A stretch of 64,000 bases of DNA, taken from positions 2,232,001-2,296,000 of the forward strand of contig CM074817.1 in NCBI GenBank assembly GCA_037447605.1. The letters are read 5' to 3'. The stretch comes from Zygnema circumcarinatum SAG 698-1b. Its lineage: Eukaryota; Plantae; Zygnematophyceae. Positions 46,676 through 64,000 of the stretch are shown piece by piece; within the stretch, counting starts at the first letter, position 1, and each line of letters begins with the position of its first letter. Position numbers and translations under genes: made by a program. The notes below the pieces were generated by a model. It saw only the letters and a list, made by a program, of their open reading frames with translations. It had not been told where the DNA came from and did not search any database.

Positions 46676-49301
46676 ATGGCGGCGCGGCTGAAGGAGGACT
46701 CGTGGGACGACTCGGCTCTCATTCAGGCCTTCGATTCGGCGCTCAAGAAGTATCAGGTTTGAATTTTTTTATTTTCTTAAAAAGGATGTTTTTATTCCCG
46801 GTATATTGGTTCTTATTTAAGCTTTAACGGAAGTGACATCTAGTTCGCTCCGTTAACTTTTGGTGAAACATTAGGGTGTTCAAATCGCCAGTTCAAGTTT
46901 TTGTTTTACTTTTTTGCTGCTGTTATCTTTCGCTGGAAAATCTTCCTGCTCTGTTTCCTTTTTTAATTTAGCTTATTCCCCTCTCTCGTTTTTTCCACTC
47001 TCTCTCTCTTTCTCTCCTCAACCTTTCTCTCGCTCTCTCCCACTCCACTCTTCTCTCTCTTTCTCTCTCTCTCTCTCTCCCACTCCTCTCTTCTCTCTCT
47101 CTCTTTTTCTCTCCCACTCCTCTCTCCTCTCTCTCTCTCTCTCCCACTGCTCTCTTCTCTCTCTCCCTCTTTCTTCCTTTTTTATGTATTTCGTTTGTCA
47201 GGTTGTGACTGTTGTTTTTCAGCCTGCATCGTTGCATGCATTACATACGATGATGTTCATCTTGATGTTGGCGTTGTGATCATGCAGACGATGCATCGCA
47301 GCGATCCCAAAGGGAAAGATGATCAAATGGCGGAGGAAGAGGAGGGCGGGCAATCGATGGAAGGGTGAGAGAGATATAACCAAAGCATAAAGCACGAGTT
47401 TGAAGGCTTCTGGAGGTCAAATCGTTTTTGGGGGTTTTGTTTTATGCATGTACGCGCGTGATATATAACCAAATGAACCAAATGTTTGCAGTTTTTTTTT
47501 CCTTTCCTTTTCGTTATTTCAATTGTAGAGAATCACCATGATCTTGCCATGATATGGAGAAACGACATCATAATGAGTCTCTCTGGGGAATTTATGGCAT
47601 TGATTTTACGACGGCGATGATGCCATCAAACGTACATGGACAAAATCAGCATGGGGAACCACGAGGAACTGGGCGCAATGGACCTAAGGACAAAAGAAAA
47701 AAGTAGTAGCTGAAACCTACGCATAGGTTCAACAGCGCAGCCCTAGAAGCAGCCACGAAGGTTTAATAGTCTCTCTGTTTAATGGTTTGACATGAATGTT
47801 TGAATTATAACATGGATGTGTTTGTATTGTACGGATAGGCAGGGGTCCTCTGCACGTTTTTTGTTACATAGTTCTGGGGCAAAAACATTGATGTTATATT
47901 TGGGGTTTTGACGAGTGTCAGGGCTCAGGGTCATAAAGACCCTCATTGGAGCCGAATTTTAGTTCAAATTAAGTTCGAATGACTGACAAGTCGATGAATC
48001 TTTTTGCAATGTGGTGATAAACCTCAATTCTCTAAAGTTCATCTCCCTCTTTTCTTTGCAGTGATTTTTTAAATGTTCCAAGAAGTCCTGCCGATGATGT
48101 AAAGGCAGGTGATGTTGATGAAGATGATGTTGAAGACACGGCTGCATCACCTCCGCCTTCTCGACATAAGGAGAAGAGAGCAACGTTCATGGAATCCGTT
48201 TTTGTGAAGGCTCCGGGTACTCAAGGAGGTCTTAAAGCATCTCAAAGTCAAAATAATCCCCCCATGTTACCTTCTGCATCTTCTGCTTTTGGAGCACAAC
48301 CTTTACAGCAAGAGCAGCCATGGATTTTCCCTCAGCATGGAACAGGCTCCTGGCACCCTCCGTATCCGTACTACGGCTCCAACTATAACTGGTACGGCGG
48401 TGCACATGGAACCGCCACGGCACCGTCATTCCCAACAGCAGGCCAACAGCCGCAGCAGGGAGCATATACATCTGCCGGCGAAAACCCAAACCCTAATGTT
48501 GCCGCTACTGCAGAGATCGGCTCATTTCAACCAGTCCCTAATTCCAACTCTTACCCTAACCCTAACACTAACCCTAACACTCACCCTAACACTAACCCTG
48601 ACTTCACCTCAGCCTCTGCATGGCCTTATACTGGCACAGAATGGCCGGCAGAAGGTGCTCAAGGACAGACTATGGCTCCCCCTTCAGCAGGAAACTCACA
48701 ATGGCCGTTCCATGGCTCCCGTCACGAACCACAGTTAACTGGAGCATGTTGCGGACCCCTTTACAGTTGGACACATGGCTGCCCCCATCACTCTCCTCCT
48801 CATCCTCCCCCTCCTCACCTTTCCTATCCCCATCCACATCATCATACCCATCCCCCTTATCCCCATCCCCATGCCCCTCCCCCTACCCATCCCCATAGCC
48901 ATGGCTACCCCTGTACCCTCCCATCCTTCCCAAACTATGTTCCATATCCATCTTGCTATACTCCGAGCCCTTGGCATCTACCCCCTTGCGGCAGCATGGG
49001 TCGGCTATATGCATGTCCGGGCAGTTACGGTTTTCCATACCCTGCTTGTGCGCTCCATGCGCATCATTGCGTTCCGTTTTACTGCACGCACATGTGTCCG
49101 TCCCATGTGCCTCCCTGTGGTGGCTGCGGCCATTCAGGACAGAATCCCTCCCAAGAAGGGGCGTGGGTGGGAGGGTCGAGGAATGAGGAGGCGAGGAGGG
49201 CTCCCATAGAGGCGGTAGTGGGAGAGGATGCGGAGGGGGGAGCAGGAGGGGGAGCAGGAGGGGGAGCGGGAGAGGGAGAGGGAGAGAGAGGGAGAGGGTA
49301 G
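46676..49301 (+). CDS. SMN: SMN-like protein: N-terminal Gemin2-binding motif followed by a long low-complexity Pro/His/Cys-rich region
   Basis: Exon 46676-46756 encodes DSWDDSALIQAFDSALKKYQ (SMN motif WDDxALIxAxDxA). Exons 47288-47364 and 48062-49301 continue in frame into ORF 48189..49301. No Tudor domain or YG box was recognised, so the symbol is provisional. Confidence 0.68.
47596..47703 (+). repeat. Dispersed repeat, copy 4, in SMN-like intron 2
   Basis: GGCATTGAT...GCCATCAAACGTACATGGACAAAATCAGCATGGGGAACCACGAGGAACTGGGCGCAATGGACCTAAGGACAAAAGAAAAAAG. Confidence 0.85.
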
Positions 49302-51287
49302 CCATCTCATCGTGGGTCATCAGGAGAGTGACAATGGGAGGGATAAAGAGAGAGAGTGGAATGGGAAGTGAGAGCATGGAATGAAGGGAGAAGGGAGGGA
49401 GTGGAAAGGGAGTGTGTAGTGAGAGAGCCTGAGGCCTCGTTTTTGATGTAGGGTGGACGAGGGGGTCCCTAAATTTTTCAAATAGCTTGAAGTTTTGTCT
49501 GATAACAAGTGTCCCTTTTTTTTTGGCGGGTTCGTTTCTCGCACTTGTAAGTCATAGTGAGAACAGCGGACAGGAGGAATGACTGGATGAAGTCGCGGAC
49601 CTGCACTTGTTCGGAGTGGAATTGCTCTCTGTTTAAACGCGCAGTGCACGTACGGACAGAGGGGGCAGAGAGATAGCTGACAGTTGAGGAAGAGCAGCAC
49701 CAACTGACCCAACTGGCAGTGTCAGGGACACTCACCAAAGGGTTTTTTTTTTTGACACTTAAGGTCGCCATGGCGGCCGTCTGCAAGCCTTGCGGGGGAG
49801 CAGATGCGCAGGAAGTCATGGGGGAAGTAGGGGCTCTAGGGGTGACACCTGTCAGAGCTAGGGCCTTTGGAGGAGACCTTGTAGCATAGCTATTGGGGCT
49901 TAGGCAAGCGAGTAAAAAGGGAGGATAAACACTGTGAGGACTTACCGTCAAAGTGCAGAAGTTTTCAAGCGTGCTGCCACGTGTAGTCGCAGCTTCATGG
50001 AGCATGATCCTTGGGGTTGGCGAAGAGAAGTAGAGTAGAGGGAGATGGGAAACTTACCTGTCTGTAACGGAGTGAAGTAAGCATGGGCAACTCGAGAGTT
50101 TTTCCCGTTCATTTGATGTCCTCTTTTATGTGTCGGAGGGTTTTTTTTTAAGATGTATCGAGTTGCTTGCTGAAGATGCAGAGGGATATGTACGTGGAGC
50201 ATGTGTAGGGCGTTTGAAGTTGAATGAAGGATAGAACAGAGATCACGATTGCTATACTTGCAGAAAGAAGGCATGCGCACGACATCCTTTCTTTTGTATG
50301 GGAAATGAAGGGAACTAAATTTTGAAGTTGCGGTACATTGCTTTTTGCACTCTCAAGAATCTGCAAGTGCTTGCTACTGTACAAGCCGCAAATAGAGTGA
50401 TTCCTGTTCATTGTTATGAATGTTTGCATTAGCATTAGTTACAGTTGTTGGGACAAGCTAACAACAGAGTTAAGATAATAACAGTTACAGTTACAGTTGT
50501 CCCACAGTTAACCAGAGAGAAGATGTCATTCACTGCGCTTGATATTTATCACATGGAACGTCAATCACCGGCGATACTACAATGCAGTTCTGAAGGCAGG
50601 ACGGCTTGAAGGTTTGTCAGTCCAGTTGGAATCAGTTCATTCCCACGCCCGTCAGTTCAGTTCAGTAGATTCAGCCTAGCTTAGAACTGAGCTCTGGATC
50701 TGAGTTTCCAATTCAGGAAAACTCAATTTGCAATTTCAATTCAAACACTCAAAAAAAGTCAGTCCACAAGATAAACTCTCGGATTTCTTGCCTGGGGAGA
50801 AAAGATAATCCTTTCCAGAACAAGAAACTGGCTCTTGTGTGTGGTAAGTCATCAACCCTTCAAAACCCCGTCGGTCTGAAGCAGCCACTTTTCGCCTTAG
50901 AAGCCTAGAAGCTCCCTTGCTCGCCAAACCCCACTACCGTTTCTATGTCCCTCTCCAACTATTCTAAAACTATTCGTTGCAGTTCACTGAAATATCCAGA
51001 AGAAAAGTTGATGAATCGTCCGACTCCTTGCAAGAGAAAATCTGAAAGGTCACACTTCTCGGTCCCAACCCTAAAACTCTAACTCCTTGAACCCTAAACC
51101 CTGTCCTCCACTAGCTCCTCTTCAAACTTCTACTTCTCGCTGCATGTCATCTTGTAAGGTACGACTTCTAGTCCCCACATCTGTACTGCTTATTCTACAA
51201 AGCGCTACTGTAGAACCAGGCAGCTTATCCTGAACCCTAAACCCTTCAAGAAACCCTATGAACCCTAATTCTGCAGAGCCCTCATGA

Positions 51288-51539
51288 CTATTCCCCAGCC
51301 GAGGCCACGCCCCTCTTCATTCGTTCCTTCAGTAACTTTTTTTTTGATAAAGGTTTCTTCTTTCGAGGAGGAATCACTTTTTGGGCATATGACCAAAGGA
51401 AGTAATTTCCAGCTAACAGAACCACGAGGGTTCCCATCACCACAAGCAGAACTGTAAGCGTCGGATTAAACCCCGACGGCACGTTTAGAAGCTCCTGCTC
51501 CCCAATACCCCCAAAAACCCGCCATACAGGCAGGGCCAT
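51288..51539 (-). CDS. S1FA: DNA-binding protein S1FA (83 aa as read; start codon uncertain)
   Basis: [59 protein letters not shown] matches the recalled S1FA family pattern. ATG at 51539; a short upstream coding exon cannot be excluded. Confidence 0.9.
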   Translation of the reverse strand: MALPVWRVFGGIGEQELLNVPSGFNPTLTVLLVVMGTLVVLLAGNYFLWSYAQKVIPPRKKKPLSKKKLLKERMKRGVASAGE

Positions 51540-52919
51540 CCACAAGGAAATGAGCAAAAAAAAAAAAAACAAAAAAAAACGTGGAATTTAATACGCGAGA
51601 ACTAGTGGAAAGCTTTGGTGTTCAAGCTTTAGACGTTTTGAAGAGAGCGTTCGGGTCTGTAGGGGTCCTAGAGAAGACCCGCAAATATCCTACGCCTTGA
51701 GAATGGTTCAAGAAAGTGGGGGCGATGTGTATTTAGGGACAGCAGAGAAACTGCTATTTCTATTTTGTACTGCTATATATGTTTGAGTCATTTATGCGTC
51801 CAGTGCACGCAACGACGAATGGAAGTTTGAAGTAAAAAAACATTTATGTTGGAGATAATCGTTTGATTGCTGCTTCCATTGAGGATACCATCACTGACAG
51901 CAATAGTGAAATGAAATTTGTTCGGAAGACATGGGACTTTACGTTACAACATACATACATTCATTTTTCTTCACTATGCGCTCGTGAAAAAGAAGAGCCA
52001 AGCCCATCAGCATCATCATCCTCAGCAACGATTCTTTGTGTTGAAGAGAATGAATTTACGAAACTGAACACGTTATGCATATAGGGGGTCTCATCATGAG
52101 CCTCAAATGAACTGTCTATGTCTGAAAGGAGGAGCTCACCTCAAACCCCTCTTCCCCATTGCCCTTTCCATCCGCCATCGCTCGATTAAGTCAATCACCT
52201 TCTAGTTATGTAGTGACTAACCTCCTTCTGGCTCGTTATTGCAGTGACTAACCGCTGGCTTTGCTTGACTAATCTGCAAAAAATGTAGAAAAGAGTTTAA
52301 TATCAAAATTTTCTTTCTGATTAAGATTGTTATCATCAGAATAGGGGTTGATACAGATAAAGGGAACCAACAGCTGGCAGCTGACAGCTGGCAGCTGGCA
52401 TCGTACAATCGTGTATCGGCTGTAAATGCAAGTCAAGGGCATGCTTGTACACATCCCTTGCGATGAAATGCTTCAGCAAGAAGGCATCTGCAACGTGCAC
52501 TGCGGCAGGTTCAATAAAAGTCCGACAATCTGTCATCCAACAAGCAAATTGCACACACTGAGCATATTAAAAGAATTAGTCAAATTGACAAACATACTCA
52601 TCAAGTCCAACATTCCACGCTTCTTTCAGAAAAGACTTGGACAATTCCAGCCAATGAAAGTGAAGTTCGCTTCCAGCAGACCTTCCAAATAGCGTCCTAT
52701 CCCACGCAAAAACATGTCAGGAAGCGAAAAAAACGGGAGAAACATACATATGACGTGCTCTGATACAATATGAATATATATTCACTGAAATTCGTCGCTC
52801 CAATGCATTGACCTCCTTCCAAGCTTTGCCTTCACCTAGCAGGCCCTCCCTACCTCTCTACCTCGCAGAGCAGGTCGCTTCCCCTTCCCAGGTCGGTTCA
52901 CACGCGCGAGAAGAAATTC

Positions 52920-53170
52920 AGCCAATGAAAGCCTACCACGTCGCCAAATTCCACGAATTCAGCCAATCAGCAGCGAGGGGCCGCGTCACGCCTCGCGGGG
53001 CGGTCCCTTCCAAGGTCCAACGGAATCCAATACTTTCCAAAATTTTTCCAACCTTTCCAAATCGCCACGTGTGATCTTAAAGTACACTTGGCGCATTTCC
53101 ATTGGCCTATATTCTTGAGGTAAGCGTCAAGATTGGATATGATTGGTCCACGTGGAGTCCACGTGTCAGA
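52920..53170. promoter_or_regulatory. CCAAT and G-box cluster in the divergent S1FA/MNS1 intergenic region
   Basis: CCAAT/ATTGG at about 52923, 52963, 53101, 53133 and 53142; CACGTG at 53066, 53149 and 53160. Confidence 0.45.
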
Positions 53171-53817
53171 ATCTTTTGTTTGTACAGTTGGATTAGGGCG
53201 TCTCATCAGGAAGACGAGTTTGGAGCCCTCTACATGTTTTCTCTCAGTTACACATTTACACAACGGTGGATCCATGTACATGGAACCGCAGTTAAGAAAC
53301 GGAGAACATATTCTCCGACCAGCACTGCCATGGAAAGGCACATTCTATGCGAAGAAATACTGATCAGTAAAACAATGAACGGAAATGCGACATAGAACCG
53401 ATCCAAATATCTGATTCCCAGTCCTCCCATTCCCTTCGCTTCCTTCTCCTGTTCCTTGCATGCCAAGCAATGGCGGCACACAATGGCGTCAAATAGAACG
53501 GTCATGGCGCCTCTTCTTCAGAGCTGGAATTTTAGGGTTTCCACATTCCTCGTGGTTTCTTAAGGGGTCTGGTGGAGCGTCTAGAAACTCCTCTAAGCCT
53601 CAGATCCGGCTTCGTTTTTCCTTTCAATATTCATCCAAATTTTCGTTTACTTAGCGCTGAATGCACATTTTGGATCCCATTTAATTGATTCTTTTTCTTG
53701 AATATCTTGCTCTTCTTTCCGGTCTTTCCTTCCCTCATTATTCCTCTTTCTATCCCTCCCTCTCGCTTCACTCTCTCTCCCTCTCCCTCTCCCTCTCTCT
53801 CTCCCTTTCTGAACATC

Positions 53818-60144
<6,327 letters not shown>

Positions 60145-60627
60145 GAGAGGAGGGCAGAAACTAATTACAGGTAGGGTACTTTTTGGTGGGTTGTGTGGAA
60201 AAAAGGAGAGAGAAGGAGGTGGGAGAGGGGTAGGTAGGAAAGAGGAGAGCACATTGTATTTGGATGTGGGCAGCTGAAGAAAAGGAAAAGGAAGCAATTG
60301 TAGCAAGGCGGCTGCGTGGTAGTGAGACGGCTTCGTTTTTTTTTTTGGTGAGACCTTTTTTATTGAATGCGTACCCTCACTGAAGGTCCGTTTTTATCTA
60401 AGCAATACTAACTGCAAGCCTGGTCCCTAGGGAAATCCTCCGCACCCCCCCTCCTTCGGGGGGGAAAAGGATCAAACTTTTATTCTGTCCGTCCCTTCCT
60501 CCCAACCAATCACCCTCTCGCGAACGCCCAACCCCGTGCCGAATAACTTTCGAAACTCCTACGCCTCTCTCTCGGGCAGGCAAGGAACCTTTTTCCACTG
60601 CCCGACCTACGGAAGGGGCATATCGTT

Positions 60628-60770
60628 GTACCGTACTAAAAAAGTACACAAAATTGTTGTTGCGAAGTACAGTACTCTCTGCCGTACAATTCGTACATTG
60701 TACGAATATGCAATCAATGTGTACGATTATGAAAAAGACTGTACGAATATGTATAAATACCCGTCCGTAC
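60628..60770. promoter_or_regulatory. Very dense GTAC cluster upstream of the rubredoxin gene
   Basis: 11 GTAC in 143 bp (60628, 60633, 60644, 60667, 60672, 60684, 60693, 60700, 60721, 60741, 60767), ending about 85 bp before the ATG. Confidence 0.45.
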
Positions 60771-60853
60771 ACTGGCGGGCAGGCCCTCGTCCGGGGGGTG
60801 AAAGCGAGGGAGTGAAGCGGAGAGAGCCACGTGTCGTCCTCTCCGCTCTCCCC

Positions 60854-62410
60854 ATGGCGTCTCTCTCTCTCGTCCTCTCCGCCCCTCACACGTGCGTAGC
60901 GGCTCTCTCAGCGAGGGGGGAGTTCTCTGAGGGAAGCGGCCGACATGGCCTCTCTCTGAGGGCATCTCTTGCGAGGAGAGTGACACGTGGACAGGTATTG
61001 CGTCAGCAGAGGAGGAGAGGCGGAGCAGTGGCGTCAGCAGAGACGGAGCAGACGGAGACCGTACAGACTTCGGGGGGGATTCTGGACGCTTCCAATCCCG
61101 GTATGCCAGCTGTCAGGCTGTTTTGCAAGGGGAGGGGAGGGGATGCAGATCGGAGGGAGGGAGGGAGAGAGGTAGGGAGGGAGGGAGGGAGGGAGGGAGG
61201 GAGAGGAGGGAGGGAGGTATGGGAGAGGGGGTAGGGAGGGAAGGGAATGAAGGGAGCGGGGAGGGCGGGAGGGGAGAGGGGGACGAGGGAGGGAAGGGAA
61301 TGGAGGGATTGGAGGGGAGAGGGGGAGGACGGGGGAAGGGAATGGCGGGAGAAAGGGGAGAGGGAGAGGAGTCGGGAAAGGGAGAGGAGGTAGGGAAGGC
61401 AGAAGGGAAGGAAAGAAGGGAATGGAGGGAGGGAGGGGGGGGAGGTGGGCGGGAAGGGAATGGGGGGAGGGAGAGGGGGAAGCGGGCGGGAAAGGTATGG
61501 TTGGGGGGGAGGGAGAAGGGGAGGGAGTGCGCTGAAGAGGGCACGGCGATGTCAGAGGAATGTGGTTCTGCCTCTCGTATCCAAGGCTTTTTTCCTCCCT
61601 TCATCCCACTCTCTCACTCTCGGTCTGCTCCTCTCTTCTTCCGCTATGTCTCCTTTTCGCCTTGTCTTCCGCTCCCTTTCCTGTGCACACGGGTCCTCTC
61701 CTCTTCCTTTTCCCTCTCAGCTTCTCCCTTCCACCCCTCACTCTCTCTCTCCCTTTCTCCCTACCACTAGTTTCTAGTTTTCTGCTGTCCTTCTCTCTCT
61801 CCCTCTTTCCTCAGAGCATGCGTAGCATGTGCTTGCAGTCATTCTATTTTCATATGATCATATTCTGATACTTGCATATTCACGAATGGCAAACTTTATT
61901 GTCTTGCATTGTTTATCTCCTCTTTGGTTTCGTCTTGGTCATTTTGGCTGCTAATGGTAGTCTTCCGCTGAAGTTGTGCAAACTTCAAATGAGTTAATTT
62001 GGATTCTAGCTGGTGATGAGGAATTTTGGTTTGTAGCGTTTCCTCAGAAGATGGAGTCTGATGAAGTCTCACTTTGGAAGGAGGAAAAAAAAAAAATTCA
62101 ATACTGCAAATGTAATTCCAGCTTGTCTTCAGATCCGTTCAACAGAGCTTGCCATTCAGAGCATGGAACTTTTGCATAAGTCGTGACGTCACGCAGTCAT
62201 TCAACTGCTGCCCCATCTAACCCTTATTTCTTCTCATCGCCACTTCATTTCGGATTTCTTTCCGCCTTAACACCCCACTTTTTTGCACCTCTAATTTATC
62301 TCTCTCTCTATCTCTCTCTCTCGCTATCTCTGTCCCCCCCTTCGCTCTCCTCCTCTCTCTCGCCCGTCCCCTCCCTCCCCCCTCTTTCTCTCGCCCTTCC
62401 CCCCTCTCTC

Positions 62411-62442
<32 letters not shown>

Positions 62443-63200
62443 GCTCTCTCTCTCTCTCCCTCTCTCCTTGCATTTTCCGTGTGCAGATCTAGTGGAGAAG
62501 TTTGTCGTCCTGGACACAGGGAAGTGGGAGTGTCGGTCCTGCGGTTACGTGTACAACCAAACGGAGGGCGATCCGACCTACCCCGTGGCGGCTGGTGAGT
62601 GGTCCAGGGGGCGGGGTTTAGGGTTCAGGGCTGAAGGGTTTTAGGGTTAAGAGCATAGACACAATCTCAACGATACATGCGTCAACCTTTCCGAACCTCA
62701 CACTTACCATTTGGATATCTTTTCAAATAAATTTTTAATTTTGAAGTGGAACCTTAAGCATTGTGATTTGGGCGTTTGAGGGTTTTTAGATATTTGAAAT
62801 GGCTGACCTGATTTTGTGGTTCAGATTAGTTGGTGGTTAGGATCTAAGAAATACAAAAAACCAGAATTTTCTATGTTTTGTTGTTGTTTAGTGAACTTAT
62901 CATTGAAAAAAAGACCTTTTTTTTTCCCAAAAAATACATGGTTCTCAAGTCTGTCTGTATACATGTGGTGGGGGTGCAGGGACGGACTTCAAAACTTTGC
63001 CCGAGGATTGGCGCTGCCCGACTTGTGGGGCAGCCCAAACTTTGTTCCAAAGCAAAAGCCGCGAAGTGGCCGGGTTCGCGCAGAATCAGAGTTACGGTTT
63101 GGGCGGAAACTCGCTCACGGCGGGGCAGAAAAGCATTCTCATATATGGCTCGCTGCTCTTCTTTTTTGCCCTCTTCCTTTCGGGGTATTTCCTGGACTGA
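60854..63200 (+). CDS. RBD1: Thylakoid rubredoxin with transit peptide and C-terminal TM helix
   Basis: Exons 60854-61100, 62487-62594, 62980-63200. WECRSCGYVY and LPEDWRCPTCGA give two CxxC motifs; AGFAQNQSYGLGGNSLTAGQK..LIYGSLLFFFALFLSGYFL. Confidence 0.94.
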
Positions 63201-63297
63201 GCTGAGCTGAGCTGAGGAAAACAAGCATGTTGTTCTATGTGTGACATAGAGAGAGAGAGGAAGTGAGAGAGACAGAGAGAGTGAAAGAGAAAGAGAG

Positions 63298-63375
<78 letters not shown>

Positions 63376-64000
63376 GGGCTGAGAAAATAGGGTTCTACCG
63401 TTTTTTTTTTTCGATTTCCATTAAAATATATGGAAACGGTAAGCGGTAGATACATCATCTGGGTTTTTTTGGGCTTCCACTTTGTTTGTACTCCTTTGGC
63501 GGATACGCGGTAATGTATGGGGGGGCAGTTTTGAAGTATTTATCGAATCGCAGATAGAGGGGCGATGTGGTCGCTTGGAAATGTGGGCTACTGATTAAAA
63601 CCCACAAAAAAATTTACCGGGGGCAACTTGATCTTTCGTTGGAAATTTAGTTTTTTTTTTTGTTTTTTTTTGGAAATTAAGTGCAAGGGTGACGGCGGCA
63701 CATGCAGCGAGTGTTGGCATGAATGTTGGCTTTCTGCGAAATCAAATATCGTTCCTTGACGAATGTGCTGGTGGGTGGCTTCACAGAGGAGACCTTCCAT
63801 TGATTTGTGTGAGAGAGAGAGAGAGTGTTCGAGAGAGAGAAAAGATACGAGGCTCTTCCTCCATCTCCCACACCTCTCCATCCATTTCATCTTCGCACTC
63901 TCTCCCCTCCTTTCCACCACTCCCCCCCCCCCTCTCCTTCCTATCCCGCTCCCCTCCACCGGTCCTCTCTCTCCCTCTTTCCCTCTTCTCCGTGTCCTAT

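Noticed and set aside
51950-52700. Possible minus-strand coding exons upstream of S1FA (e.g. LVKQSQRLVTAITSQK, IVAEDDDADGLG)
   Set aside because: No consistent frame or recognisable product; may be S1FA 5' UTR exons and introns.

Overview
Intron-rich eukaryotic nuclear DNA from a streptophyte plant or alga. The gene set (S1FA, PHS1, NDL, nodulin-like MFS, phytocyanin, plastid rubredoxin) is streptophyte-type; a charophyte alga is plausible but is inference. I rebuilt 14 protein-coding genes exon by exon from GT-AG boundaries, reading-frame continuity and recalled family motifs. In order: gamma-tubulin (5' part outside the window), Mn-SOD, nodulin-like MFS 1, cis-prenyltransferase, AMMECR1, nodulin-like MFS 2, RNA Pol I/III AC40, PHS1/REC114-like, stellacyanin-type phytocyanin, NDL/NDRG, SMN-like, S1FA, Golgi alpha-mannosidase I and rubredoxin. 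Accessory DNA includes a Tc1/mariner-type MITE, a three-level nested transposon complex (TIR element > MITE > Ty3/gypsy), a ~105-bp dispersed repeat in 4 copies, several minisatellites, many (CT)n/(GA)n tracts, degenerate telomere-like tracts and five 10-N assembly gaps. The most unusual signals are a ~40-bp-period array of a conserved TATCCAACGG motif with different 22-24-nt spacers, identical TGTAGC...GCTACA termini on a TIR element and on the retrotransposon nested in it, dense GTAC clusters upstream of two metalloprotein genes, G-rich 3' splice sites with no polypyrimidine tract, and a divergent gamma-tubulin. No database search was possible, so all family assignments rest on recalled motifs. 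No tRNA, rRNA or true CRISPR was found.
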